From NCBI RefSeq assembly GCF_009914755.1, contig NC_060936.1: 64,000 nt of DNA; one strand, given 5' to 3'. Position 1 is the stretch's first letter, and every line of letters begins with the position of its first letter. The position numbers were made by a program, and so were the translations under genes. The notes beneath the pieces were generated by a model, which was not told where the DNA came from, made no database searches, and saw only the letters and a list, made by a program, of their open reading frames with translations. Of the stretch, positions 1 to 12,304 are shown piece by piece. Origin of the DNA: the human T2T-CHM13v2.0 reference genome, Homo sapiens.

Positions 1-115
1 AAGATTGCTTGAGCCCAGGAGTTCAAGGTTACAGTGAGCTATGATGGTGCCACTGCACTCCAGCCTGATGACAGAGTGAGACCCTGTCTCTAAAACTTTT
101 TTTTTAAATAAATAA
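1..115 (+). mobile_element. Alu right-arm 3' end (AluJ-like), cut by window start
   Basis: ttgagcccaggagttcaaggttacagtgagctatgat...ccactgcactccagcctg...gagaccctgtctc followed by degenerate A-rich tail. Confidence 0.9.
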
Positions 116-174
116 AGAAAGAAAAGGAATATTGTGGGAATGGGAAGTATTTCAAGGTTTTTTTTTTCTTTTTT

Positions 175-605
175 ATGTAACAAACTGTCCCAAAATATAT
201 TGGCTTAATATAACAACCATTTAATTTGCTCATGATTTTGCAGATCTGCAGTTGGGACAAGGCTCAGCCAGAATGTCCTAACTCTGTCCAGTGTGGTGTG
301 GACTGGGTGTCACTGGGATTAGAGGATCCAAGATGTCCTTAGTCACATATGTGAGCACATGATGCTGGCAGTCTGCCAGGACATCTTTATGCTCTTCCAC
401 TCAGTCTCTCTTCCCAGTAGATTAGGCTGGACTTCCTCACTTGGCGGTCGAGGTTCCAAAAGTACAAAAGTGAAAGCTGTCAGACCTCATAAGCTCTAGG
501 TATAGAAGTCACATGGCACAATTTCCACCATATTCTATCAGTCAAAACAACAACTAGACTGGCCCAGATTCAAGGGGGAGAGGAAAGAGACCTCACCTAC
601 TGATG
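175..605 (-). mobile_element. MLT1-family (ERVL-MaLR) LTR
   Basis: Begins gtaacaaactgtcccaaaa...tggcttaatataacaaccattta; later ccaccatattctatcagtcaaa...ggcccagattcaaggg, typical reverse-oriented old MLT1 LTR. Confidence 0.7.
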
Positions 606-1125
606 GGACTTCTGGCAGGTCCAAATGTGGATGAGACTCCTATAGAGATCTGTGAACTAAAAGGACAAATTGCCTGCCCACCACACACAACATGCAAGGG
701 TATGACACGAACACTCCCTTCAAGGGGATGTTGAGAAGCACAAAGCATTCGCTGATTCAGAGCAATCCTGAAATCCAGGCCTATACTGTCAGCTCCCTTG
801 ACTCCAGGATCAATCAACATTCCTTAATTAGAGTCCATTTCTGCTCTCTGGAAATGGTTCCCCAATTTATTGTTTTCCTCAGGTCTTAGATTTGCTCTCT
901 GGACTTTGCTCTTTGAAATACTTTTCATTTTCTATAAGAAATGGACTGTGTCCTCAGCGGAGCAGCTTTCTTAGCCTGCTTTCTTCCCAAAGAAAGCTGG
1001 AGGCCCAGAGACCTCTTTATTTTTGATGGCCTCTGTCCTAAAATACAAACTGGTGGGGCTTTCTTGAATACACTTCTCTTAAAAACTTCATAGATTTTTC
1101 CGTGAATCTTACGGAGATTATTTTG
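606..1125. mobile_element. Probable MLT1-int internal fragment
   Basis: Motifs cactcccttcaagggg...caatcctgaaatccag and cccagagacctctttatttt resemble MaLR internal sequence; lies between two MLT1 LTR pieces. Confidence 0.45.
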
Positions 1126-1131
1126 TGCCAC

Positions 1132-1608
1132 TGTGGTACATCGTCTCCCATGGCCACAATATTCCTTCCAATCTCACATGCACTTTTGAAATGTGACTTT
1201 GCCAGTATTTCCATCATGATTTGAGGTGTGTTACCCCTGTCACTAGATCCAAGCTGAACCAGTGACTTGCTGTGATTAACAGCATGCAACTGAAGTGATT
1301 GTGTATCACTTCAAGACCAAGGAAGGCCTTAAGAAACTTGGAAGCTTCTACTTTTGTACTCTTAGAGCCGTGCAATGCCACAGAAGTCAGACTATCCTGT
1401 TAGAGATAGAGACCAAGTGGAAGAGCACGAAGCACCCCAGGCTCCCAGCAGCAATGTGGTTCCAGACATGAGTGAATCCAGTGATATCATGTGTCCCTCT
1501 GAGCCCTGCCAGAATTTCTCATCTAGAGAACTGGGAATAGCAAAACGATTGTTGACTTAAGCCACTAAGTTCTGGAATGGTGTGATGTACAATGGTAGAT
1601 AACCAGAC
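1132..1608 (+). mobile_element. MLT1 (MLT1G/H-like) solo LTR
   Basis: Starts tgtggta; contains gtgactttgcc, gtgacttgct, ttaagccactaagttctgg; ends tagataaccagac. Confidence 0.8.
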
Positions 1609-2176
1609 GAAGAGGGCTGGTTGGCTTCTAAGAGCTTTCACAGGTATGTTGTCATCTTGTTAAACTCATTCAATTGTAAAGACTCAAAACTTTAGTCTTC
1701 ATTGAGATCCCAGCATAGGTCAGAGTAGGTGATAATGACTTATGTTAACCAAACTCACAGAAAATGATAGATAAATTACAATATCAATTCACTCTTATAC
1801 CAAGAAAAATGTTGCTGTTAGGTGGACAAGATGTGTGTTCCCATCTTCTGGCCAGTGAAGCATCTCATAGTGGAAAAGCTATATGGGGCAACAGTGGATA
1901 ATTAGAGGGTTATTTGGTGAAAAAAATCAAGAATGAGGGGCGTCAGGAACATAGAATGCCCAAATGCATGCAGCTATGGCCATGCCTTCCAGAAGGGTTT
2001 AACTTTCTTACTGTTTGAAGGGACAAAAAGGCACGCTGGCATATACTTGGATGGGCACTTCACAAGTTGTCCCCTCTGCCCTCCCTCTCTTTATTTTTAG
2101 ACAGGTTTAGATATTTAGTTAAAGTTAAGATTTGTAAGTTCTAAAGTCTTTCTTTTTAATTTGATATTTCTCTATT

Positions 2177-2405
2177 CTAGGGCTTCTCAACCGAGGACAA
2201 TTTTCCCCCCAGAGGAATGTTGGCAGGGTCTAGAGACATTTTTTGTTGTCACAGTTTGGGGGGAATTGTTGATGGGAGTGCTGCTTTCTGCTAGTGAGTA
2301 CAGGCCAGGGATGCTACTAACAATTCTGCAATACACAGGACAGACCCGCAACAAAAAATTACCCAGCCTAAAATGTCAATAGCACTGAGCATGAGAAATC
2401 TGCTC
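2177..2405. mobile_element. MER20 (hAT-Charlie MITE)
   Basis: ttctcaaccgaggacaattttccccc...ggccagggatgctac...aaatgtcaatagcactgag...gagaaatctgc. Confidence 0.85.
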
Positions 2406-2529
2406 AATTCTGATTCATTTTCTGCTGGTTAGTGATTGAACTCTTAGAGTACAATCTTATTTTTAACTTCTTCAAGTGATAAAAGCTATCATTGCCTCCC
2501 TTTTACTGCTACTTATAAGAAACATTTTG

Positions 2530-3058
2530 CTCAAGCAAAATTTGAGTAGGCATGTAACAAACAAATGAAGTAAATTAGTAATTAAAAATCTTCCCACAAA
2601 GACAAATCTAGGCCCAGATAGCTTCACTGGTGAATTCTCTCTAACATTTAAAGAAGCATTGCTAGTCCTTTGCAAAGTTGTTTAGGAAGTAAAGGAGGGA
2701 ACACTTCCCAACTCATTCTATGAGACCAGTATTACCTTAATACCAAAGCCAAACAAAGACATCACAAGAAAAAGAAAGTATAGACAAATAGCCTTCATGA
2801 ACACAGACATAGTAATTACTAACACAATATTATCAAATTAAATCCAGCAACATATAAAATGAATTATACACCAAGATGAAGTATCCCAGATTTATCAAAA
2901 ATTTATCCCAGGAAAGCAAAATTAATTTCAGATCTGAAAATCAACCTAAAACAGGAAGGACAAATATCACATGATCATCTCAGTAGATATGGAAAAAGCA
3001 TTAGACAAAATATAATATCCAATTGAGATTAAAAATTATCAGCAAATTAAGAATAAAC
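2530..3058 (+). mobile_element. Old L1M ORF2 fragment (RT N-terminal region)
   Basis: Degenerate match to L1 ORF2 segment [12 protein letters not shown]...[14 protein letters not shown] (ggcccagatagcttcactggtgaattc, aactcattctatgagaccagtattaccttaataccaaagcc). Confidence 0.85.
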
Positions 3059-3960
3059 AAGAAAAAAACAAACAAACCCATTAAAAACAAAACAATCCCA
3101 TTAAAAAGTGGGCAAAGAACATAAACAAACACTTCTCAAAAGAAGACATTCACGCAGCCAACAAAGATGAAAAAAACCTCCACATCACTGATCATTAGGG
3201 GAATGCAAATCAAAACCACAATGAGATACCATCTCCCACCAGTGAGAATGGTAATTATTAAAAAGTCGAGCAACGACAGATGCTGTGAGGTTGTGGAGAA
3301 ATAAGAATGCTTTTACACTGTTGGTGGGAATATAAATTAGTTCAACCATTGTGGAAGATGGTGTGGCAATTCCTCAAAAATCTAGAACCAGAAATACCAT
3401 TTGGCCCAGCAATCCCTTTACTGGGTATACACTCGAAGGAATATAAATCATTCTATTACAAAGATACACACATGCACACGTATGTTTATTGCAGCACTAT
3501 TCACAATAGCAAAGACATGGAATCAACCCAAATGCCCATCAATAACAGACTGGATAAAGAAAATGTGGTACATATACACCATGGAATACTATGCAGCCAT
3601 AAAAAAGAATGAGATCATGTTCTTTGCAGGGACATGGATGGAGCTGGAAGCCGTCATCCCCAGCAAACTAATGCAGGAACAGAAAACAAGACACTGCCTG
3701 TTCTCACTTATAAGTGGGAGCTGAACAATGAGAACACATGGATACGGGAAGGGGAACAACACACACTGGGGCCTGTCGGGGAGTGGGCTGGGGGAAGGAG
3801 AGCATTAGGAAAAATAACTGATGCATGCGGGGCTTAATACCTACGTGACAGGTTGATAGGTGCAGCAAACCACCATGGCACATGTTTAAGTATGTAACAA
3901 ACCTGCACACTCTGCACATGTGCCCCAGAACTTAAAATAAAAATAAAAATTAAAAAAAAA
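3059..3960 (+). mobile_element. 5'-truncated L1PA (about L1PA10-13) 3' end with poly(A)
   Basis: ORF2 C-terminus remnants ([33 protein letters not shown]), L1PA 3'UTR, A-tail 3933-3963. Confidence 0.92.
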
Positions 3961-4002
3961 AAACTAATGGCAAAAACCGCAATTATTTTTGCACCAACCT
4001 AA
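3961..4002. mobile_element. Half MADE1 / Hsmar1 terminal inverted repeat
   Basis: taatggcaaaaaccgcaattatttttgcaccaacctaa followed by TA (4003-4004); matches right half of MADE1. Confidence 0.9.
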
Positions 4003-4134
4003 TAGAATCTCAAAAAGCTAACAATAGAAAAATTGTTCCTATTTGGGTCAGGAATAGATGTGGAGCGAGAGGGTCTTAATGAGTCTGATGACTTAAGGCT
4101 AAGTCATGGCTAATCACTGAGTGAGTATATAAAC

Positions 4135-4295
4135 ATTGGGAAATTATTTGAATTTTTCTGGATTTAGTTTCTTCATCTGTAAAATGAGAATACTATTTTC
4201 TTTCTGGGGTTTCCATGGCTCAGATGAGATAATACATGAAAATTCCTTGTAAGTTGCAAAATGCCATTAAAATACATGGGGCTATTTTACTATTG
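4135..4295 (+). mobile_element. MIR
   Basis: Core tagtttcttcatctgtaaaatgagaata...agatgagataatacatgaaa. Confidence 0.75.
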
Positions 4296-5737
4296 TGAAG
4301 GTCCTATTTGTGCACTGGACCATCCGGCATGTGTAGGGTTTGTTTTGAATCATTGCACTTGACACTGAGCCTACAGAGCCCAGGAAAGCAGTGTAGTTCT
4401 TTCAATCATCCCCTACCCATGGGCTCCTGGGTCGGCCCCACTGGAAAAGCAGAACTTTCCCCGTCCTCATTAACTCACTGTCTGGCGAGTTCATACCTCT
4501 AAGCCACACCTTAGAGGAGGCTAGGGTGTTCTAATTAAGGGTTCTGGTGGAAAAGGGAGGCTTTACGCTGTCTCTTGCTACTCTCTCTGGGCCACAAGCT
4601 GCAGCTTGGAACAAGCATAAACAAGTAAACTACTGCCCCTCCCCAAGATCTCCAGGAGATAAATTGAAATGTGAGTAATGAAAGGCCCACTGTTTTTCCT
4701 TTTGTAACCAAGGGAACTTTGGTTTGTGTACTAGGTTGAGAGAAACCCAATCTTAGCCCTCTAGAGTCACATAATGTGAAAGTACTAGTTTGTTATTATA
4801 GGACCCTATAAGATAGGACATTTCCGAGCACCCATTCAACTTTCACAATTTGACTTCTAATGAATTGCATTCTGCTGGCAATTCTAGGAAACCACTTAAG
4901 CTCCAGGAGACCCAAAATAGAGCACAATGCACCTTCCTGTGCTCTCCACCCCCATCTCCAACCAGGCTCACAACAGGGAGCCCTCCAGAGCCACACCTAA
5001 TTGGCTGCAGAGAGAAGGGAAGGGAAAGGTCTTCACCATCCCAGCCACAGGTGGACCTGTTATAGGACAGCCTCCTCTGGCTCTAATACAGCACTTACCA
5101 CAAAGCACAAGGAGGCCCTACAAACAGCCGGCTCTGAGAGGCAAAGCGTGTATGACACCAGGTGCCCAAAGTTACTGCTTGAGGCAGAGGGAGAGTGAGA
5201 TGTGAATGAGGTCAGGAGCCAGGAGCAATGACAACAGAACTCATCGCATCTGGGCCCCCAGGACCAGACCCATGGACAAATCTGCCATCAAAGTGAACCA
5301 AAGAGAATGCGCCACCCAAGGCGAGGCTCTGCAGTGGGATGTGCTCAGGGCAGGTGGGTTCTCTGAACAACTATGATGCTGGCTGAGAACAGACTCCCCC
5401 ATGGACACCTGCAGCTGGCCTGAGGATGGATCCTCTGAGTGGAACTGGGCAGGGACCTCTCTCACTTATCTTCATATGCTCAGAGTCCAGTTGTCGGGTG
5501 AAACAGTGTTTGTGCTTAGTGAATGTTGAATGGATAAATGAGAGGGAATTAGGAAACTTGGGCTCTGCTTCCTGGATATCCTTTTCCTCTTCAGAATGGG
5601 TTCTTTCTTTCATTCTCTCCCAGCTCATAACACAGCACAGTGGTAAACACATAGAAGGCACTCAAAGGATATTTTACCTCAATCTAGCGGACCCTATGCC
5701 AGTGTTGGAGAAAAATTCCTCCAAGGAAGAATTATTT

Positions 5738-5815
5738 TCCTGTCTTCCCACAGTACTTTTAAATAGCTATATTCTATCCTGTCTTCCCACAGTACTTTTA
5801 TATAGCTATATTCTA
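5738..5815. repeat. Tandem duplication 2 x 39 bp
   Basis: tcctgtcttcccacagtactttta(a/t)atagctatattcta at 5738 and 5777, one mismatch. Confidence 0.95.
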
Positions 5816-5843
5816 GGAGGACATTGAGCATACTGGATTATAC

Positions 5844-6047
5844 TTTTTTTTTTTTTTTTGAGGCAGAGTTTCTCTTCTGCCGCCCAGGGTAGAGTCCAGT
5901 GGTACAATCTTGGCTCATTGCAACCTCCGCCTCCCAGGTTCAAGAAATTCTCTCACCTCAGCCTCTTAAGTAGCTGGAATTTCAGGCGCATGCCACCATA
6001 CCGGGCTAATATTTGTATTTTCAGTAAACCCGGGGTTTCACCATGTT
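5844..6047 (-). mobile_element. 5'-truncated AluS with 12-bp TSD
   Basis: Poly(T), Alu right arm, linker and part of left arm ending ccatgtt; TSD tggattatactt at 5834-5845 and 6048-6059. Confidence 0.95.
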
Positions 6048-7039
6048 TGGATTATACTTCTTAAAAAATGTGCTTGTTGTCCCTGTTATAGATGGACTGT
6101 GCAACAGTGAAAGCCATGCCTTACTTATTATCTTGGTGCTCCAGAACCTAATACAACTCTGCCTCTCACATGGTTAATAGGGAGTAAATGCATGCGAGGA
6201 CATAGTCCAGATGGCAATCAAGGAAGACCCCGCCCTCTTGCTTATGGCACTGCTTTGCCCAGGTGTGGCACTGGAGCACAGAGACAGGTCTATGGGCTCT
6301 GGAGGCTCCTGAACCCCAAAGCTCTCTCCCCCTGCAAGCTCCATCTTTGAGGACCTACATTGCTTCTCTCATTTCCACCCACAGGGTAATCATCAAGAAT
6401 CAAATGGCTTGGATCTGGTCTCTTCTCTTTGAGGAAGCAAGCAGGTATGTGCTTTTAGAGAACTGGAAGTTTTCAATAATTCCTCAGTGAACACAAAATC
6501 ACAAACTATAACTCTTAGAGCTAGAGAGCATCCAAAATGGTCTTCGGGTCCAGAGCCCTGCCTTTGGGAAGATGAGCAATTCTTACAACCATTGCCATGC
6601 TATGAAATCCACAAACTCACACCATCTTCCACAGGCATCATGTGCACACACATACATCCTGAGTAAGTATATGCGTGCACATGTGTGTATATGTGTATAT
6701 GAACAGAGGCACTTAAGAAGATATGTATTCAGGCTATAGCTTCCCAACAAATATAAACAGAGTATCGTACACATTGCTGGAGAGTCTAATCAGATAACTA
6801 AACCAGACTATTGAAATGACCCTGCCACGGCTTTAAGAATTAAATAGGTGTAGACATAGGACAGTTGGCCTTCATTTCATGACAGAAAGAAGCTAACCAG
6901 AGAAATGGATTTGCTAATGACAACAAAATGCAGTGTAACACTGTACTGAATGTTTCTCAGATCTTGCTGCTTCTTTCAAAATGGAAAGAGGCCACCTTCT
7001 CTTGAGAAACAGCTAAAAGGAGAGAGAAAGTAGAAATAG

Positions 7040-7120
7040 GCAGGCCTGAGTTCCAGGAAAACACACTTAATCATCAGGTGACCTTAGGCACATCACTTCC
7101 TCTCTCTGGGCCTCAGTAAA
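7040..7120 (+). mobile_element. MIR fragment
   Basis: gtgaccttaggcacatcacttcctctctctgggcctcagt. Confidence 0.7.
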
Positions 7121-7342
7121 AAGGGCATAGAACCGAATGAAAGCAAAGGTCTTCCTCTCCTCTTACATTTCATCCTCCTCCTTGTGGATTTTTTTCACCT
7201 CCTTGAAGACCCCGGAACTTTGGGAGTGCCATCCAAGATACAATGTGCGTTTCGCCATAGCTTCTCCTTCAAATGGTTGGTCCTTGGATTTACTAACTTC
7301 CTCAGCTTTCCCATTCCCAATCATTATGTAAAATCCTTCTTC

Positions 7343-7653
<311 letters not shown>

Positions 7654-7925
7654 ATTTCTTGGTTCTTGAACCCACAGGCATGGAGGTGAGTCAGGCCATT
7701 GGAAGATTTCCTGTGGCTGATGAAGAATCCAACTCCAGGTTGCTCTTCTTTGAAGAGGATTCCAGAAATGCTTAGGTACATAGACCCAGGAGACTAAGGC
7801 ATATCAACGGATTGTATTATTTTAATTAATAACAAATGTATCTTACTATTTTGAGTAAATTGACTAAATATTTTATGTTTGTCAATCAAATGACAGAAAT
7901 ATGCAATTCAATAATGGGATATTTT

Positions 7926-8070
7926 AGCTGGCAGGGACCTTAGAGATTTCTTAATACAACCTCTTGTTTTACAAAGAAGAAAAATTGAACTCAAAGAAAG
8001 AGAAGTGACTTGCCCAAGGCTAAATAAATTAATGGTATAGACTGAGTCAGGACCCAGTGTCCAGTGCCAT
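7926..8070 (-). mobile_element. MIR
   Basis: gggaccttagagat...ttttacaaagaagaaaaattga...aagtgacttgcccaagg. Confidence 0.75.
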
Positions 8071-8941
8071 ATCCAATAAATCACAACAGGAGCCCATCAG
8101 TGTGACTGAGAAGTTGAGTGGTAGGTGTCTGCTCTCTTTTCTAAATGTCCCTGGTGATCCATTTTTCCCAAACAGCCATAGAGCTGAATAGGGAGTTTGA
8201 AAAAAGGAGCAAAGAGTATCCTTGGCCTCTTGGTGCTCATTAATCTTCTTTATGCTCTAGATGACAGAAAGCTATTGACTATTGTGTTGCAGACCAGAGA
8301 CCTAGATGCAGAAAGACAGAAGGGCATAGGCAAGGTCAGGGCAGCAATACCTTCCCATGACTGTCACTTATTTACAAACTCATCCATATCCTTCTAACCG
8401 CCCTGAGGAATGAGTGGTATGACTCTGAGGCTGTTCATGGGGAAATTGAGGTTTGGAGGGTTTAGGCAATGTAAACAATTGGCCCCAGCGGGATATGGAA
8501 GCAGAGTCCAGTTCTACATGAGAGAAAAGAAACGTACCTACAGGAACAGACACACACGGTGAGCCCACCTATGGGCTAGGTCAACCACAGGGCCTGGTAT
8601 AAACTAGGAACCCAGTAGTTGAGGAACAAATTGAACAAGCAGAGGGGCTGCTGTGTTTGGCAGCCTTCTATGTGGGGCATGCCATGTACATCTGTCTGGA
8701 GCATGGATTAATCAGGCCTTAAGACACATAGTTGGCAACCAGCGAGTACTGTTTTACAGTACATGCTGACTGCTGCTGGAGTGTGTTCTCGGCACTGCAA
8801 ATCTTGGAGCTTCTCAGATATTTCTTTTGTCTTTTTAAAAATTCATTGTGACACATGCCCACATGTTTTCTATGCTCAGTCTGAACCCATGCCATTTGTA
8901 AACCATCAGCTCACACACATACCCTGAGTTCCTGGGAGATG

Positions 8942-9202
8942 TGGTGCCTAACTCCATGGCAATCACAGCCCATGGAGATAGGCCAGAGATGGTGGGCTTT
9001 GCATTAAGAAAGCTCAGTAATGCAACAATGGTGCCTAACTCCATGGCAATCACAGCCCACGGAGATAGGCCAGAGATGGTCGGCTTTGCATTAAGAAAAC
9101 TCAGTAATGCAACAATGGTGCCTAACTCCATGGCAATCACAGCCCACAGAGATAGGCCAGAGATGGTGGGCTTTGCCTTAAGAAAACTCGGTAATGCAAC
9201 AA
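8942..9202. repeat. Tandem repeat 3 x 87 bp (minisatellite)
   Basis: Units start at 8942, 9029, 9116; 3-5 substitutions between units, no indels. Confidence 0.97.
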
Positions 9203-9504
9203 CAACAACCCAATGTACAAACCCAGAAAATTTGGAGGTATTTTTTATTCTGTGAAAAAATTAACTGCAATTTTTTCCCTGACATTAATATATGTCATGC
9301 GAGCTTCCACTTCCAAAAAACACTTAATATTTTGGTGATGCAGATGCTCCTGTATACTAACATAGAAAACATGTGACTCTCTGATCTGAGAATCAGGGGA
9401 CAGGTTTGGGAACTTCATTAGTTCAAGGCAATCATAATAAAACCATGTAATATGCTTAAAGTGCAATAGTATTTAGAAGCACTTTTAGGTATTCCCTATA
9501 TAAG

Positions 9505-9735
9505 AATAATAGCTGATATTTTTTGAGAACCTACTAAGTTTCACTCTATGTTACACATTTGTATTTATTTCTCTTAATTCTCACAACCACCATATGAGGT
9601 ATATACTATTATAATCTCTGGGTTGAAATGTGGAAAGTGAGACACAGAGGTTTTAAGTAATTTATACATAATCACACAGGTAGAAAATGAAAAGTCAGAA
9701 TTCAAACCCATGGACCCAGGGCATGAAGCACAGCT
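9505..9735 (-). mobile_element. MIR
   Basis: ttaattctcacaaccacc...gaggt...ggaaagtgagacacagagg...aagtaattt...gaattcaaaccca. Confidence 0.8.
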
Positions 9736-9769
9736 CCGACCACCCCGAGAATGTGTTGGATTAACCCTA

Positions 9770-9890
9770 TTCAACAGAGGAGGAAAACAAACCCAAGAAA
9801 GTAAGCAACTTTGTCAAGGCCACCTGACTAACTAGTGCTAAGCCTGGAACCCAAGTCTGTGACCTCAAAGCCAGGCTTCTTTCCATGAGG
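9770..9890 (-). mobile_element. MIR fragment
   Basis: acagaggaggaaaac...aagcaactttgtcaaggccac...gaacccaagtctgtgac. Confidence 0.65.
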
Positions 9891-10239
9891 CGGCCCTTCC
9901 AGGAGCCCCCTGGGAGGGTGGCAGGGGTAAGCCCCTACTCTTTGTGCAGAGGGGTTTTAACTCTGCCTGCAGCAAGGGAGTCTCCACTGTCCCGGCAGTG
10001 GCAGGCACTTGGCCTCAGGCCCTCTGTTTGAGATAGATGAGGAAGAAACAAAAAGCAACAATGGAGAAAACCGTGCTGCCTTTTGTCTCCAGCAGGCAGC
10101 TGGCAAAGCGCTGACCTTTAAGACTTCAAAAGAGGCATTCGCCCAGTCACACATAGACTCCGCCTTTAGGAGCCTGGAAAAAGTTTACTGCTGCTCTTTG
10201 CCACTGCCTGGGTCCTGAGGTGAGAAAGAGCCATGGCAC

Positions 10240-10460
10240 CCTTTACTTAATCCCGTTATGTGCCACATGCTTCGCTAATCTCCTTAGGGCTTTGCACCCT
10301 CGTAATACTCCTTTGAAGCAGGTAGAACTGATATCACCTCCTTGTTGCAGAAGAAGAGATGGAGGGTCTGAGGGGGAAGCGACTTGCCCAGGGTCATCGA
10401 GCTGCACTGTGTGGTTTCTCAAAACTCAAGTGCAAACTGGAACTCCGGTTCTGCTCCCCT
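10240..10460 (-). mobile_element. MIR
   Basis: ttgcagaagaagagatggagggtctgagggggaagcgacttgcccagggtca. Confidence 0.65.
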
Positions 10461-10479
10461 AATACGTTCATTCACAGCC

Positions 10480-11350
10480 TTCCGTCTCTCAGGGGTGGCC
10501 GTTCTATCCTTGCAACTGCTCAGCATAAAAACCTTGGGGTCACCTTGACCTCATTCTTTCTCTCCCATTCCACGTCCACTCTTACAGGAAATGTCATTGA
10601 CTCTACCTTCAAAATACACCCATTCTGATATACCTCTCTGCTCACACTGCCACCTCCCTGGTCAAAGTTCCCATTACCCCGGGCCTGGAGTACTGAAAAA
10701 GTTCTAACTGGCCTCCCTGCTTTCACCTATTTCCAGTGCAGCCTCCAAAGCAATCTGTTCAGACAGAAGTTAGGTCAGGAGGCCCCCACAACGATTCCTT
10801 ATCTTCCTGGCAGGAAAGCCAAAGTCCTGACAATGGTCCACCCAACCCAAAGGACTAAGCCTCTCCCAAGACCTCTGACCTCCATTCATCTCCCTTGTTC
10901 CCTCCTGTCCGCTCTATTCCACCACACCAACCTTCTTACCAGACCTTGGCACCAGCTGTCCTCTCTGCATGCAACAATCTCACCCCAGACACCTGCTGGG
11001 TTCACGCCCCCACTTCTTTCAAGTGTTTACTCAAATGTCACCTTCTTTGTAAGGCCTAACCTAGCCACTTCCACTGAAAATTACAATCCTCTTCTCTGAA
11101 AGGCCCCAAGATCTCCCACACCATTTAACTCTCAGCATCATGTAACTTACTGTTGCCTTACTTATATTCAGACACTAAATACTCCACCAAAGACTTACCC
11201 AATAGAACATAATTCCCACAGGGAGGGGTGTTTATCTGTTTGATTCATTGTGGTACTCCTGATATCTACAACAATTCCTGGTACCTCAAAAGTACTCACA
11301 GAATAAGTAGAGTGAATGAATGAATGTAAGTCAAATGAATGAATGAGTGA
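10480..11350 (+). mobile_element. L2 (L2a-like) 3' portion
   Basis: aaaccttggggtcaccttgac...ctaactggcctccctgc...ctcaaatgtcaccttc...ends (gaat)n. Confidence 0.85.
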
Positions 11351-12304
11351 AGAAGGCCCTATTTCCACCCCAGGGAGAGGAGAAGCTGAAGGCGAAGCAC
11401 TACCAATATGTAGGGAGGTGGCCTTAGACACAGTCCCCAGCATTGACCGCTCGGGCCCTGCTCCAGCCTGTGGCACAGACCCACCCTGGCTTCTCGCCAA
11501 CTTCCAGGTCTGGGAGGCCTAAGGCCAAGGAGAATATGAGGTTCTGCGGGTGACACAGGTTCTTGAACATGTGAAGGCAGCAAGGTGAGCTCACACAGGT
11601 GCCAGCCAAGGCCAGGTCCTGCCCCGGCTGTGGATCCCAAAGTCCTCCCATTGTCACCTGGCAGCAAGTCAGAGGAACCGACATACAGGACCTCGCGGCA
11701 CTTGCTCTAGGAAAGGGATGCTATCCCGGGGACCAGAGCTTTCCTTAAGTCTCCTATGTAATGCCCTAGAGGGTGGGAGCCAGGCCAGGCTGCCTGCCTT
11801 CGCACATGCTAAGCACTGCCCAAGTGCCAATCAGTATCTCAAAAACAATTCTGAAAAGTATTCCACGATTGATTTTACTACCTTTATTGATACACGCAAA
11901 GCAGGGATATTTACATTCCATCAAAAGTTTGCTGAGGGTCCCAAATTTTACTCTGTAGTATAACTTCTGTAAAGCTGTGGGGACTCCCTCTTTTACAAGT
12001 GGCTCCCAGAACTTCAGGAATGGCTTGGACAGTAGCTGTTCCTTTACTCCAAGCCATTCGGACATAACTGAGACTGTTGGCAATCTCACTAGAGGCATCA
12101 AAATCCCTGCCAAGAGCTCCTTTCCCAAACCCCTTCTGCATAGCTGTAAATTGACATGAAGAGTAATGTTTATTTCAGAGACTATCCAGTTTCAACCACT
12201 ATTCACCTGAGAAGATAGGAAACAAACACGATCCCCATGGTGGACTGTGGCAAGTAGTATGCACCTTACCGATATGTTCTGGAGGTCCCGCTAAGGGAGA
12301 CAGC

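Noticed and set aside
3961-4002. miR-548 precursor
   Set aside because: Only one arm of the MADE1 palindrome is present, so no hairpin can form.
8942-9202. CRISPR-like array or H/ACA snoRNA cluster (two hairpins plus terminal ACA)
   Set aside because: Units are head-to-tail with no unique spacers and no cas genes. The 87-nt unit is too short for H/ACA, there is no ANANNA H box between the hairpins, and the stems decay in units 2-3.
11766-12128. 120-aa minus-strand ORF
   Set aside because: Non-ATG start, no recognisable homology; region looks more like UTR or non-coding sequence.
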